Made by a program: the position numbers and the translations under genes | Source: a virus | Taxonomy: Duplodnaviria; Heunggongvirae; Uroviricota; Caudoviricetes | DNA: 9,142 nucleotides | IMG/VR virus record: IMGVR_UViG_3300039382_000253 | Location: 1-9,142 of that record | Direction: 5' to 3' (one strand) | Notes under the pieces: generated by a model | Told to the model about the DNA's origin: nothing | Databases searched by the model: none | Seen by the model: only the letters and a program-made list of their open reading frames with translations | In this document: positions 1 to 6,890 of the stretch, in pieces | Position numbering within the stretch: position 1 is the stretch's first letter | How the letters are laid out: each line of letters starts with the position of its first letter

Positions 1-886
<886 letters not shown>

Positions 887-915
<29 letters not shown>

Positions 916-1165
916 GGTTACCTCTGCTTTTTGAACGCATGTCACGTAACTTCTTAATGTGTTCTGCCGTTTCGATCTCTTCTGCTATCCGATCTGCATC
1001 AGCTTTATTCACAGGTTCAAAGTCATGATTAAAGCGGAACATGCTGGCGATACATGTTCTGCCTTTTCGGATGTAGTGAACTTTGTTGTGGGTAGAACGC
1101 AGGATTTTGCAGGGAGTGCCGTGGTGGTCGACGTACCAGGTGTTAGGAAAAATGATTCTGAACAT
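887..1165 (-). CDS. Hypothetical 92-aa protein in the exo-xis region (Ea8.5 position), possible Cys/His metal-binding motif
   Basis: ATG at 1165..1163 preceded by GAGGTG about 6 nt upstream. Contains C19, H26, H30, C38 (TPCKILRSTHNKVHYIRKGRTC). Size and position next to xis resemble lambda Ea8.5 (93 aa), but I cannot confirm homology from memory. Confidence 0.5.
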
Positions 1166-1212
1166 TTTTACACCTCAGTTGGACGATGTTGAAATTTGCT
1201 GCTTTGAGGCCA

Positions 1213-1431
1213 TCACAGTCCCCATTGTTTGTTCTTAAGTTCGATCTCCTCCTGGCAACTTGCACAAGTCCGACAACCCTGAACAGCCAGGCGTCTTCGC
1301 TCATCTATCGGATCGCCACACTCACAACAATGAGTTGCGGATACAGTCTGGTAGTTCTGACGACGCATTTTTATTGCTGTATTGCGCTGTAATTCTTCGA
1401 TTTCTGATGCTGAATCAATGATGTCTGCCAT
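1213..1431 (-). CDS. TraR/DksA-family C4 zinc-finger protein (lambda Orf73-like)
   Basis: 72 aa with CCECGDPIDERRRLAVQGCRTCASC, a CxxC-(17)-CxxC zinc finger typical of TraR/DksA C4-type proteins. ATG at 1431..1429 with a GGAAG-like SD. Confidence 0.7.
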   Translation of the reverse strand: MADIIDSASEIEELQRNTAIKMRRQNYQTVSATHCCECGDPIDERRRLAVQGCRTCASCQEEIELKNKQWGL

Positions 1432-1484
1432 CTTCCATTAATCCCTGAATTGTTGGTTAATACGCTTGAGGATGAATGCGAACA

Positions 1485-1507
1485 ATAAAAAAGGAGCCTG
1501 TAGCTCC
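1485..1507 (-). terminator. Weak candidate intrinsic terminator for leftward transcription
   Basis: On the minus strand, GGAGC-TACAG-GCTCC (plus 1493-1507) is followed by TTTTTTATTG. The stem is only 5 bp, so this is weak. It overlaps a possible 29-aa ORF (see findings). Confidence 0.3.
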
Positions 1508-1529
1508 CTGATGATTTTGCTTTTCATGT

Positions 1530-1811
1530 TCACCGTTCCTTAAAGACGCCGTTTAACATGCCGATCGCCAGGCTTAAATGAGTCGGTGTGAATCCCATCA
1601 GCGTTACCGTTTCGCGGTGCTTCTTAAGTACGCTACGGCAAATGTCATCGACGTTTTTATCCGGAAACTGCTGTCTGGCTTTTTTGATTTCAGAATTAGC
1701 CTGACGGGCAATGCTGCGAAGGGCGTTTTCCTGCTGAGGTGTCATTGAACAAGTCCCATATCGGCAAGCATAAGCACACAGAATATGAAGCCCGCTGCCA
1801 GAAAAATGCAT
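1530..1811 (-). CDS. Hypothetical small protein of the exo-xis region; start uncertain
   Basis: Open frame 1530..1844 on the minus strand, but the codon at 1844 is TTG. In-frame ATGs are at 1811..1809 (93 aa) and 1745..1743 (71 aa); neither has a strong SD. No recognisable motif. Confidence 0.4.
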   Translation of the reverse strand: MHFSGSGLHILCAYACRYGTCSMTPQQENALRSIARQANSEIKKARQQFPDKNVDDICRSVLKKHRETVTLMGFTPTHLSLAIGMLNGVFKER

Positions 1812-1821
1812 TCCGTGGTTG

Positions 1822-2379
1822 TCATGCAGCCTCCCGACGGGCAAGAATCCTTGAGCCGAACGCCATCAACTCTCCACGATCAACGGTCGTAAAGTGGCAG
1901 TGTGTACGGGGGTATGGGTGCCAGATAATGAGCATCGAGCCTTTATTATTTCCACTGACGGGTTTCTCAGTGAGTGGGTTAATAAATGCCAGTCGTCCTG
2001 CCGTGATGAATCTGACCTCACTGGCGGTTTGTATCGCTTCATGAAACCATCCGACAGATGTGTCAGCAGGCAATAACATTACACATCCCACACTACTGAA
2101 TTTGTTTTCAGTGGCTGCCTTTTTCACAAAAGGGGAAATATTGCTGTATGGTGGATTCAACCAGACATAACCAGAGGCATATCCCATTGCTTCAGGCCAT
2201 GAAGTGGTTAATGTGTTCTGCTCCTGTGAGATAAAAAGCCGACATAGTCGGTTTTTTTCGCTGGCGGCAGCATCAAGTTGAAAAACGAACTCTGCATTAA
2301 GCGCAGCAAAAATCTCTGGTGGTGTGCGCCAGCTGTCGCGATGTTCGGCAGGAGTATTGCTTCCGGTGAAATCAGTCAT
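1822..2379 (-). CDS. Phage Dam-family DNA N6-adenine methyltransferase (orphan)
   Basis: 185 aa containing WLNPPYSN, the (D/N)PPY catalytic motif IV of N6-adenine methyltransferases. ATG at 2379..2377 with a GGGGG SD about 5 nt upstream. No adjacent restriction endonuclease ORF. Confidence 0.75.
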   Translation of the reverse strand: MTDFTGSNTPAEHRDSWRTPPEIFAALNAEFVFQLDAAASEKNRLCRLFISQEQNTLTTSWPEAMGYASGYVWLNPPYSNISPFVKKAATENKFSSVGCVMLLPADTSVGWFHEAIQTASEVRFITAGRLAFINPLTEKPVSGNNKGSMLIIWHPYPRTHCHFTTVDRGELMAFGSRILARREAA

Positions 2380-2533
2380 ACAGCCCCCGTTTATTATTTA
2401 TCGCCTCAGCCAGCCGCTGTGCTTTCAGTGGATTTCTGATAACAGAAAGGCCGGGAAATACCCAGCCTCGCTTTGTAACGGAGTAGATGAAAGTGATCGC
2501 GCCTACCCGGATATTATCGTGAGGATGCTTCAT
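2372..2533 (-). CDS. Small 53-aa ORF immediately downstream of exo (lambda orf60a position)
   Basis: Hand-translated as [53 protein letters not shown]. Its ATG (2533..2531) overlaps the exo stop as ATGA, and its stop overlaps the Dam start (TATGACTGA). Not in the supplied ORF track, presumably because it is below the length cut-off. Confidence 0.45.
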   Translation of the reverse strand: MKHPHDNIRVGAITFIYSVTKRGWVFPGLSVIRNPLKAQRLAEAINNKRGLYD

Positions 2534-3210
2534 CGCCATTGCTCCCCAAATACAAAACCAATTTCAGCCAGTGCCACGTCCATTTTTTCGATGAACTCCG
2601 GCACCATCTCGTCAAAATTCGCCATGTACTTTTCATTCCGCTCAATCACGACATAATGCAGGCCTTCACGCTTCATACGCGGGTCATAGTTGGCAAAGTA
2701 CCAGGCATCTTTTCGCGTCACCCACATGCTGTACTGCACCTGGGCCATGTAAGCCGATTTTATGGCCTCGAAACCACCGAGCCGGAACTTCATGAAATCC
2801 CGGGAGGTAAACGGGCATTTCAGTTCAAGGCCGTTGCCGTCACTGCATAAACCATCGGGAGAGCAGGCGGTGCGCATACTTTCGTCGCGATAGATGATCG
2901 GGGATTCAGTAACATTCACGCCGGAAGTGAATTCAAACAGGGTTCTGGCGTCGTTCTCGTACTGTTTTCCCCAGGCCAGCGCCTTAGCATTAACTTCCGG
3001 AGCCACACCGGTGCAAACCTCAGCCAGCAGGGTGTGGAAGTAGGACATTTTCATGTCAGGCCACTTCTTTCCTGAGCGGGGCTTTGCTATCACGTTGTGA
3101 ACTTCTGAAGCGGTGATGACGCCGAGCCGTAATTTGTGCCATGCATCATCCCCCTGTTCGACAGCTCTCACGTCGATCCCGGTACGCTGCAGGATAATGT
3201 CCGGTGTCAT
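2530..3210 (-). CDS. exo: Lambda-type 5'-3' exonuclease (Red alpha)
   Basis: 226 aa, [50 protein letters not shown]..., matches lambda Exo as recalled over essentially the full length. Start overlaps the bet stop (ATGA). Confidence 0.95.
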   Translation of the reverse strand: MTPDIILQRTGIDVRAVEQGDDAWHKLRLGVITASEVHNVIAKPRSGKKWPDMKMSYFHTLLAEVCTGVAPEVNAKALAWGKQYENDARTLFEFTSGVNVTESPIIYRDESMRTACSPDGLCSDGNGLELKCPFTSRDFMKFRLGGFEAIKSAYMAQVQYSMWVTRKDAWYFANYDPRMKREGLHYVVIERNEKYMANFDEMVPEFIEKMDVALAEIGFVFGEQWR

Positions 3211-3992
3211 GCTGCCACCTTCTGCTCAGTGGCTTTCTGTTTCAGGAATCCAAGAGCTTTCACTGCTTCGGCCTGTGTCAGTTCTGACGATGCGCGAATG
3301 TCGCGGCGAAATATCTGGGAACAGAGCGGCAATAAGTCGTCATCCCATGTTTTATCCAGGGCGATCAGCAGAGTGTTAATCTCCTGCATGGTTTCATCGT
3401 TAACCGGAGTGATGTCGCGTTCTGGCTGACGTTCTGCAGTGTATGCAGTATTTTCGACAATGCGCTCGGCTTCATCCTTGTCATAGATACCAGCAAATCC
3501 GAAGGCCAGACGGGCACACTGAATCATGGCTTTATGCCGTAACATCCGTTTGGGATGCGACTGCCACGGCCCCGTGATTTCTCTGCCTTCGCGAGTTTTG
3601 AATGGTTCGCGGCGGCATTCATCCATCCATTCGGTAACGCAGATCGGATGATTACGGTCCTTGCGGTAAATCCGGCATGTACAGGATTCATTGTCCTGCT
3701 CAAAGTCCATGCCATCAAACTGCTGGTTTTCATTGATGATGCGGGACCAGCCATCAACGCCCACCACCGGAACGATGCCGTTCTGCTTATCAGGGAAGGC
3801 GTAAATTTCTTTCGTCCACGGATTAAGGCCGTACTGGTTGGCGACGATCAACAATGCGATGAACTGCGCATCGCTGGCATCACCTTTAAATGCCGTCTGG
3901 CGAAGAGTGGTGATCAGTTCCTGTGGGTCGACAGAATCCATGCCGACACGTTCAGCCAGCTTCCCTGCCAGCGTTGCGAGTGCTGTACTCAT
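3207..3992 (-). CDS. bet: Lambda Bet single-strand annealing protein (Red beta)
   Basis: 261 aa, [66 protein letters not shown]..., matches lambda Bet as recalled. Confidence 0.95.
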   Translation of the reverse strand: MSTALATLAGKLAERVGMDSVDPQELITTLRQTAFKGDASDAQFIALLIVANQYGLNPWTKEIYAFPDKQNGIVPVVGVDGWSRIINENQQFDGMDFEQDNESCTCRIYRKDRNHPICVTEWMDECRREPFKTREGREITGPWQSHPKRMLRHKAMIQCARLAFGFAGIYDKDEAERIVENTAYTAERQPERDITPVNDETMQEINTLLIALDKTWDDDLLPLCSQIFRRDIRASSELTQAEAVKALGFLKQKATEQKVAA

Positions 3993-3997
3993 CCGTT

Positions 3998-4294
3998 TTA
4001 TACCTCTGAATCAATATCAACCTGGTGGTGAGCAATGGTTTCAACCATGTACTGGATGTGTTCTGCCATGCGCTCCTGAAACTCAACATCGTCATCAAAC
4101 GCACGGGTAATGGCTTTTTTGCTGGCCCCGTGGCGTTGCAAATGATCGATGCATAGCGATTCAAACAGGTGCTGGGGCAGGCCTTTTTCCATGTCGTCTG
4201 CCAGTTCTGCCTCTTTCTCTTCACGGGCGATCTGCTGGTAGTGACGCGCCCAGCTCTGAGCCTCAAGACGATCCTGAATGTAATAAGCGTTCAT
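3998..4294 (-). CDS. gam: Gam (GamS form), RecBCD inhibitor
   Basis: 98 aa, [60 protein letters not shown]..., matches lambda GamS. Upstream DNA is lambda-like but has a stop in the GamL frame and no in-frame ATG, so only the short form is encoded. Confidence 0.9.
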   Translation of the reverse strand: MNAYYIQDRLEAQSWARHYQQIAREEKEAELADDMEKGLPQHLFESLCIDHLQRHGASKKAITRAFDDDVEFQERMAEHIQYMVETIAHHQVDIDSEV

Positions 4295-4369
4295 GGCTGA
4301 CCTCCTGAAAATGGCTGTGAAAATATCGCCCGCGAAATGCCAGGCTGATTAGGAAAACAGGAAAGGGGA

Positions 4370-4660
4370 TTAGTGATTCAGGCCGTTACCGCGTCCGTCG
4401 AGAAAAACTTCCACGAGCAAATCACGGGTATAAGTGCGCTCGATGCCGCGATGCAGATAAAGCCGTCCGCGTAAATTAGCTGATGCAGTCCAGGTACCAT
4501 CTTTGTGTTTGACCAGCATTCCTGGCATGACCGCACCTCGATTAACGGTCTGCGTTCCATAATGTTGATGAACCATAAAAACTCCTGCCCGTAAGCTGGG
4601 CTGCTGAACATATAGAGACTTCTGCGCGTATTCAGGCGGTGGATGGCCGCCGGTTGTCAT
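4370..4660 (-). CDS. Hypothetical protein in the kil position, not homologous to lambda Kil; start uncertain (4660 gives 96 aa, 4576 gives 68 aa)
   Basis: Shares lambda kil's frame and stop codon (TAA inside TCACTAA) but its C-terminus (...[14 protein letters not shown]) is unlike lambda's (...WILILKLRSSKSIH, back-translated from recalled lambda DNA). The ATG at 4576..4574 has AGGAG 5 nt upstream; the ATG at 4660 has GAGG about 10 nt upstream. A second long frame overlaps it, so coding status is not certain. Confidence 0.4.
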   Translation of the reverse strand: MTTGGHPPPEYAQKSLYVQQPSLRAGVFMVHQHYGTQTVNRGAVMPGMLVKHKDGTWTASANLRGRLYLHRGIERTYTRDLLVEVFLDGRGNGLNH

Positions 4661-4825
4661 AACTAAGCCGCCTCGTTGAAGCGACTAAGGTATGAAATGT
4701 TGAGTTAATTTCAGCTGGTCACACCGACGTTCACGCGTCCGTTTCACCCCTCGCACTCCCCGAAGCCTGCTGAAATTCAAACTGCGGATCTAAGCGGTCA
4801 TCGCAACGGTGAATCAGGTAGTTGC

Positions 4826-4900
4826 CGTATCGTTGTGTTGTTGCGATGAACTTATTTAAAACTATAGTTGTTTTATCGTCAACAACAAAAGTTGTTTTAT
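4826..4900 (-). promoter_or_regulatory. Putative oL/pL: operator-like repeats with a leftward promoter
   Basis: Palindrome AACAACAAAAGTTGTT at 4881-4896; 10-mer GTTGTTTTAT repeated at 4867-4876 and 4891-4900; GTTGTGTTGTTG at 4832-4843. Minus-strand -35 TTGACG (plus 4877-4882) with TTTAAA/TTAAAT 16-17 bp downstream. Half-sites resemble the oR sites. Confidence 0.4.
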
Positions 4901-5023
4901 TGGTTGCTTTAGATATAACTGGTTGTATTTAGGATGGATTTATTTTGTGACTTGAATCGCATAGCGATAACTGAAGCGAGGTTATGGTGGTTTTTTTAAC
5001 GGTGTGTGTGATGAGGGGAGGGC

Positions 5024-5050
5024 AAAAGAAAACCCGGCACGGTGACCGGG
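5024..5050 (-). terminator. Candidate rho-independent terminator downstream of the repressor gene
   Basis: On the minus strand, CCCGG-tcaccgtg-CCGGG followed by TTTTCTTTT, about 120 bp past the repressor stop. The stem is only 5 bp but all G/C. Confidence 0.4.
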
Positions 5051-5171
5051 ATTCTTACGCCGTTAGGTAAAGATATTATTGCGGTGGCTTAATATTACTA
5101 CCTAGAGCAAAGATAGGAATTAGTTCTTTACTGAATGAGCACAATGCCCAGTTGATAATTTTTAATTGGTA

Positions 5172-5861
5172 CTACCCATGCTTCCTATATGTCTGCGGCA
5201 TGCTCCCAATAACCTTACCGAAGATGAACACCCGGTTCATCTCGTCTTTCTCGATCGGGTCCCACGGTGAGTAGCTTTTGTTATCAGAGATGACCAGCAG
5301 CTTATCCTTCATCATTTGCAGGCGCTTTACATGGGCTGTGTCGTCGTACAGAAACGCATAGATACCATCACCGTCGAAAGATTTAACTGTGATATCAACG
5401 AACAGCAGATCACCTGGTTCGATCGTTCCTGACATGCTGTCACCACGCACGTTAATGATGCGGATATTTTCCGCCTTCCTACCATCGAACATGTGACGAG
5501 CATCGTCAAACGAGTACTCAACCGAGCGTAGAACTTCTACAAACTCACGGTTGATGACTCCCGGCCCAGCACTGACTTCTATATCAAGAACGTCAATCTT
5601 GAAGTATTTGGAATGGCTGACAGTTGATTGTATTGGTTGCACTGTACTGTCTGACATATTTCCAACGCCAGAAGATAACCATTCTGCGCGCACACCCAAA
5701 GCGTTCGCGATCTCCACGATTTTAGTTGTTTGATTAGCTTTCCCTGTTTCGATTTTCTGAATAGCAGCCTGGCTAACCCCGACCAAATCCCCAAGCGCCT
5801 TTTGTGTAAGGCCTCGCGCTAATCTGGCTTCTTTAAGTCTTTCTGAGAGTGTTGTTTTCAT
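5172..5861 (-). CDS. cI: CI-like prophage repressor (N-terminal HTH, C-terminal S24/LexA-like autopeptidase domain)
   Basis: HTH in LTQKALGDLVGVSQAAIQKIETG; Ala-Gly in the linker (VSAGPG); Ser in VRGDSMSG and Lys in HVKRL as the S24 catalytic dyad. Preferred start is the ATG at 5861..5859 (229 aa) with no SD, consistent with a leaderless pRM transcript. The open frame extends to 5927 but would run through the operators. Confidence 0.85.
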   Translation of the reverse strand: MKTTLSERLKEARLARGLTQKALGDLVGVSQAAIQKIETGKANQTTKIVEIANALGVRAEWLSSGVGNMSDSTVQPIQSTVSHSKYFKIDVLDIEVSAGPGVINREFVEVLRSVEYSFDDARHMFDGRKAENIRIINVRGDSMSGTIEPGDLLFVDITVKSFDGDGIYAFLYDDTAHVKRLQMMKDKLLVISDNKSYSPWDPIEKDEMNRVFIFGKVIGSMPQTYRKHG

Positions 5862-5965
5862 AGTCCAAATGTACAACCAAGGTTTTATTCCATCAAACGA
5901 AAATGGTTGTTGACTAAAAACAACCATGGTTTTAATCTTGATTCAAATTAACCACGGAGGTTGTT
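5862..5965. promoter_or_regulatory. oR-like switch region: three operator-like sites with divergent pR (rightward) and pRM (leftward)
   Basis: Sites ACAACCAAGGTTTT (5873-5886), AAAATGGTTGTT (5900-5911, reverse orientation AACAACCATTTT) and AACAACCATGGTTTT (5919-5933). pR: -35 TTGACT 5910-5915, 17-bp spacer, -10 TAATCT 5933-5938. pRM on the minus strand: -35 TTGATG (plus 5891-5896), 17-bp spacer, -10 TACATT (plus 5868-5873), 6 nt before the repressor ATG. Confidence 0.55.
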
Positions 5966-6196
5966 ATGAACCCAGCTATCAAAACAGCGATCAATATCGT
6001 TGGTTCACAAAAGAAACTGGGCGCTGCTTGCGAAGTTTCACAGCAGGCCGTCTATAAGTGGCTTCACAACAAAGCAAAGGTATCCCCTGAACATGTCGGC
6101 AGCATTGTTACGGCTACTGGTGGAGTAGTGAAGGCATACCAGATTCGCCCGGATCTTCCGAAGTTGTTTCCACACACCGAAAAGAACGCAGCTTAA
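5966..6196 (+). CDS. Cro-like small HTH regulator (YdaS-like family)
   Basis: 76 aa; GGAGG SD at 5956-5960; HTH in GSQKKLGAACEVSQQAVYKWLHN; first gene downstream of pR. The ATGG-V motif and overall pattern resemble Rac YdaS as I recall it. Confidence 0.75.
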   Translation: MNPAIKTAINIVGSQKKLGAACEVSQQAVYKWLHNKAKVSPEHVGSIVTATGGVVKAYQIRPDLPKLFPHTEKNAA

Positions 6197-6208
6197 ATTT
6201 CCATTTCA

Positions 6209-6221
6209 CGCTCTTTAACAA
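6209..6221 (+). promoter_or_regulatory. boxA-like element (CGCTCTTTAACAA) in the cro-cII intergenic region
   Basis: 12 of 13 positions match the rrn boxA consensus TGCTCTTTAACAA and it resembles lambda nut boxA (CGCTCTTA). It sits where nutR lies in lambda. No convincing boxB hairpin follows. Confidence 0.4.
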
Positions 6222-6264
6222 TAAGCAATCAACTTAACAGTCAATTCAAACTAAAGGAGCAATT

Positions 6265-6804
6265 ATGCAACCACTTACATACCAACAGACTAGCGGATTT
6301 AGCCCGACTGCGGTGATAAATCGTTCTCAAACAAAACAGGTGCCAGGCCACGAAAAAATCCGTGATGCCGTCCGCGCCTGGTCGGCTGTAGATAATCAGG
6401 ATGTCGTTGCCACACTCATTGTGAATGAGTATCGGGAGCAGGGCGGCGGCACCATCGATTTCCCTGATGATGTCAGCCGTGCACGCCAGAAGCTGTTCCG
6501 CTTCCTCGATAACAAATTCGATTCTGAAAAATACCGAAATAACGTGCGTGAACTGACCCCGGCAATTCTGGCGGTACTACCGCTGGAATATCGCGGTTAC
6601 CTGGTTGAGCAGGATAGCTTCATGGCTAGGTTGGCTGAAATGGAAAAGGAACTCAGTGAGGCAAAACAGGCTGTCATTCTCAACGCACCACGCCACCAGA
6701 AACTGAAGGAAATTAGTGAAGGTATTGTGTCGATGTTTCGTGTGGACCCAGATCTGGCTGGTCCATTGATGGCGATGGTTACTACCATGCTGGGGGCGAT
6801 ATGA
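6265..6804 (+). CDS. 179-aa protein in the cII position, possibly a YdaT-like regulator
   Basis: AAGGAG SD at 6254-6259, 5 nt before the ATG. No similarity to lambda CII. C-terminal region (LAEMEKELSEAKQAVILNAP...) looks like an amphipathic helix or coiled coil. Family assignment is tentative and from memory only. Confidence 0.55.
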   Translation: MQPLTYQQTSGFSPTAVINRSQTKQVPGHEKIRDAVRAWSAVDNQDVVATLIVNEYREQGGGTIDFPDDVSRARQKLFRFLDNKFDSEKYRNNVRELTPAILAVLPLEYRGYLVEQDSFMARLAEMEKELSEAKQAVILNAPRHQKLKEISEGIVSMFRVDPDLAGPLMAMVTTMLGAI

Positions 6805-6890
6805 CAGGTTCAGAAATGGCGAAAGCCGGTCTGCTGGAACAGAACCGACTTTCAGGTGCAAATCGTAACACACTCATTGCGGGAGGAATT

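Noticed and set aside
959-1392. Plus-strand ORFs 959..1192 and 1186..1392
   Set aside because: Antisense to the 92-aa and TraR-like genes in an operon that is clearly leftward; no RBS.
1739-2076. Plus-strand ORFs 1739..2044 and 1894..2076
   Set aside because: Antisense to the Dam methyltransferase and the adjacent small gene; no motifs or RBS.
2324-4266. Plus-strand ORFs 2324..2656, 2539..2850, 3113..3379, 3136..3429, 3555..4031, 3838..4110 and minus-strand 3524..3757, 3952..4266
   Set aside because: All lie inside or antisense to exo, bet and gam, whose identities are secure; the alternative-frame products have low-complexity or implausible composition.
4378-4611. 77-aa minus-strand ORF overlapping the kil-position ORF in another frame
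   Set aside because: No SD upstream of its ATG and it does not share the lambda kil stop position; most likely a chance frame, though I cannot fully exclude it.
4577-4800. Arg-rich frame (…VKRTRERRCDQLKL…) upstream of the kil-position ORF, in the same frame but separated by a TAG; considered as an amber-interrupted N-like antiterminator with an ARM motif
   Set aside because: No ATG start (only GTG/TTG candidates with poorly spaced SD), interrupted by a stop, and no recognisable similarity to known N proteins. Kept only as a remote possibility.
4985-5071. 28-aa plus-strand ORF (MVVFLTVCVMRGGQKKTRHGDRDSYAVR) spanning the terminator hairpin
   Set aside because: SD too close to the ATG and the frame runs through a strong hairpin; more likely non-coding.
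5327-5794. ORFs 5327..5521 (-), 5551..5733 (+) and 5579..5794 (-) within the repressor gene
   Set aside because: Alternative-frame or antisense overlaps of the CI-like repressor, which has clear HTH and S24 motifs.
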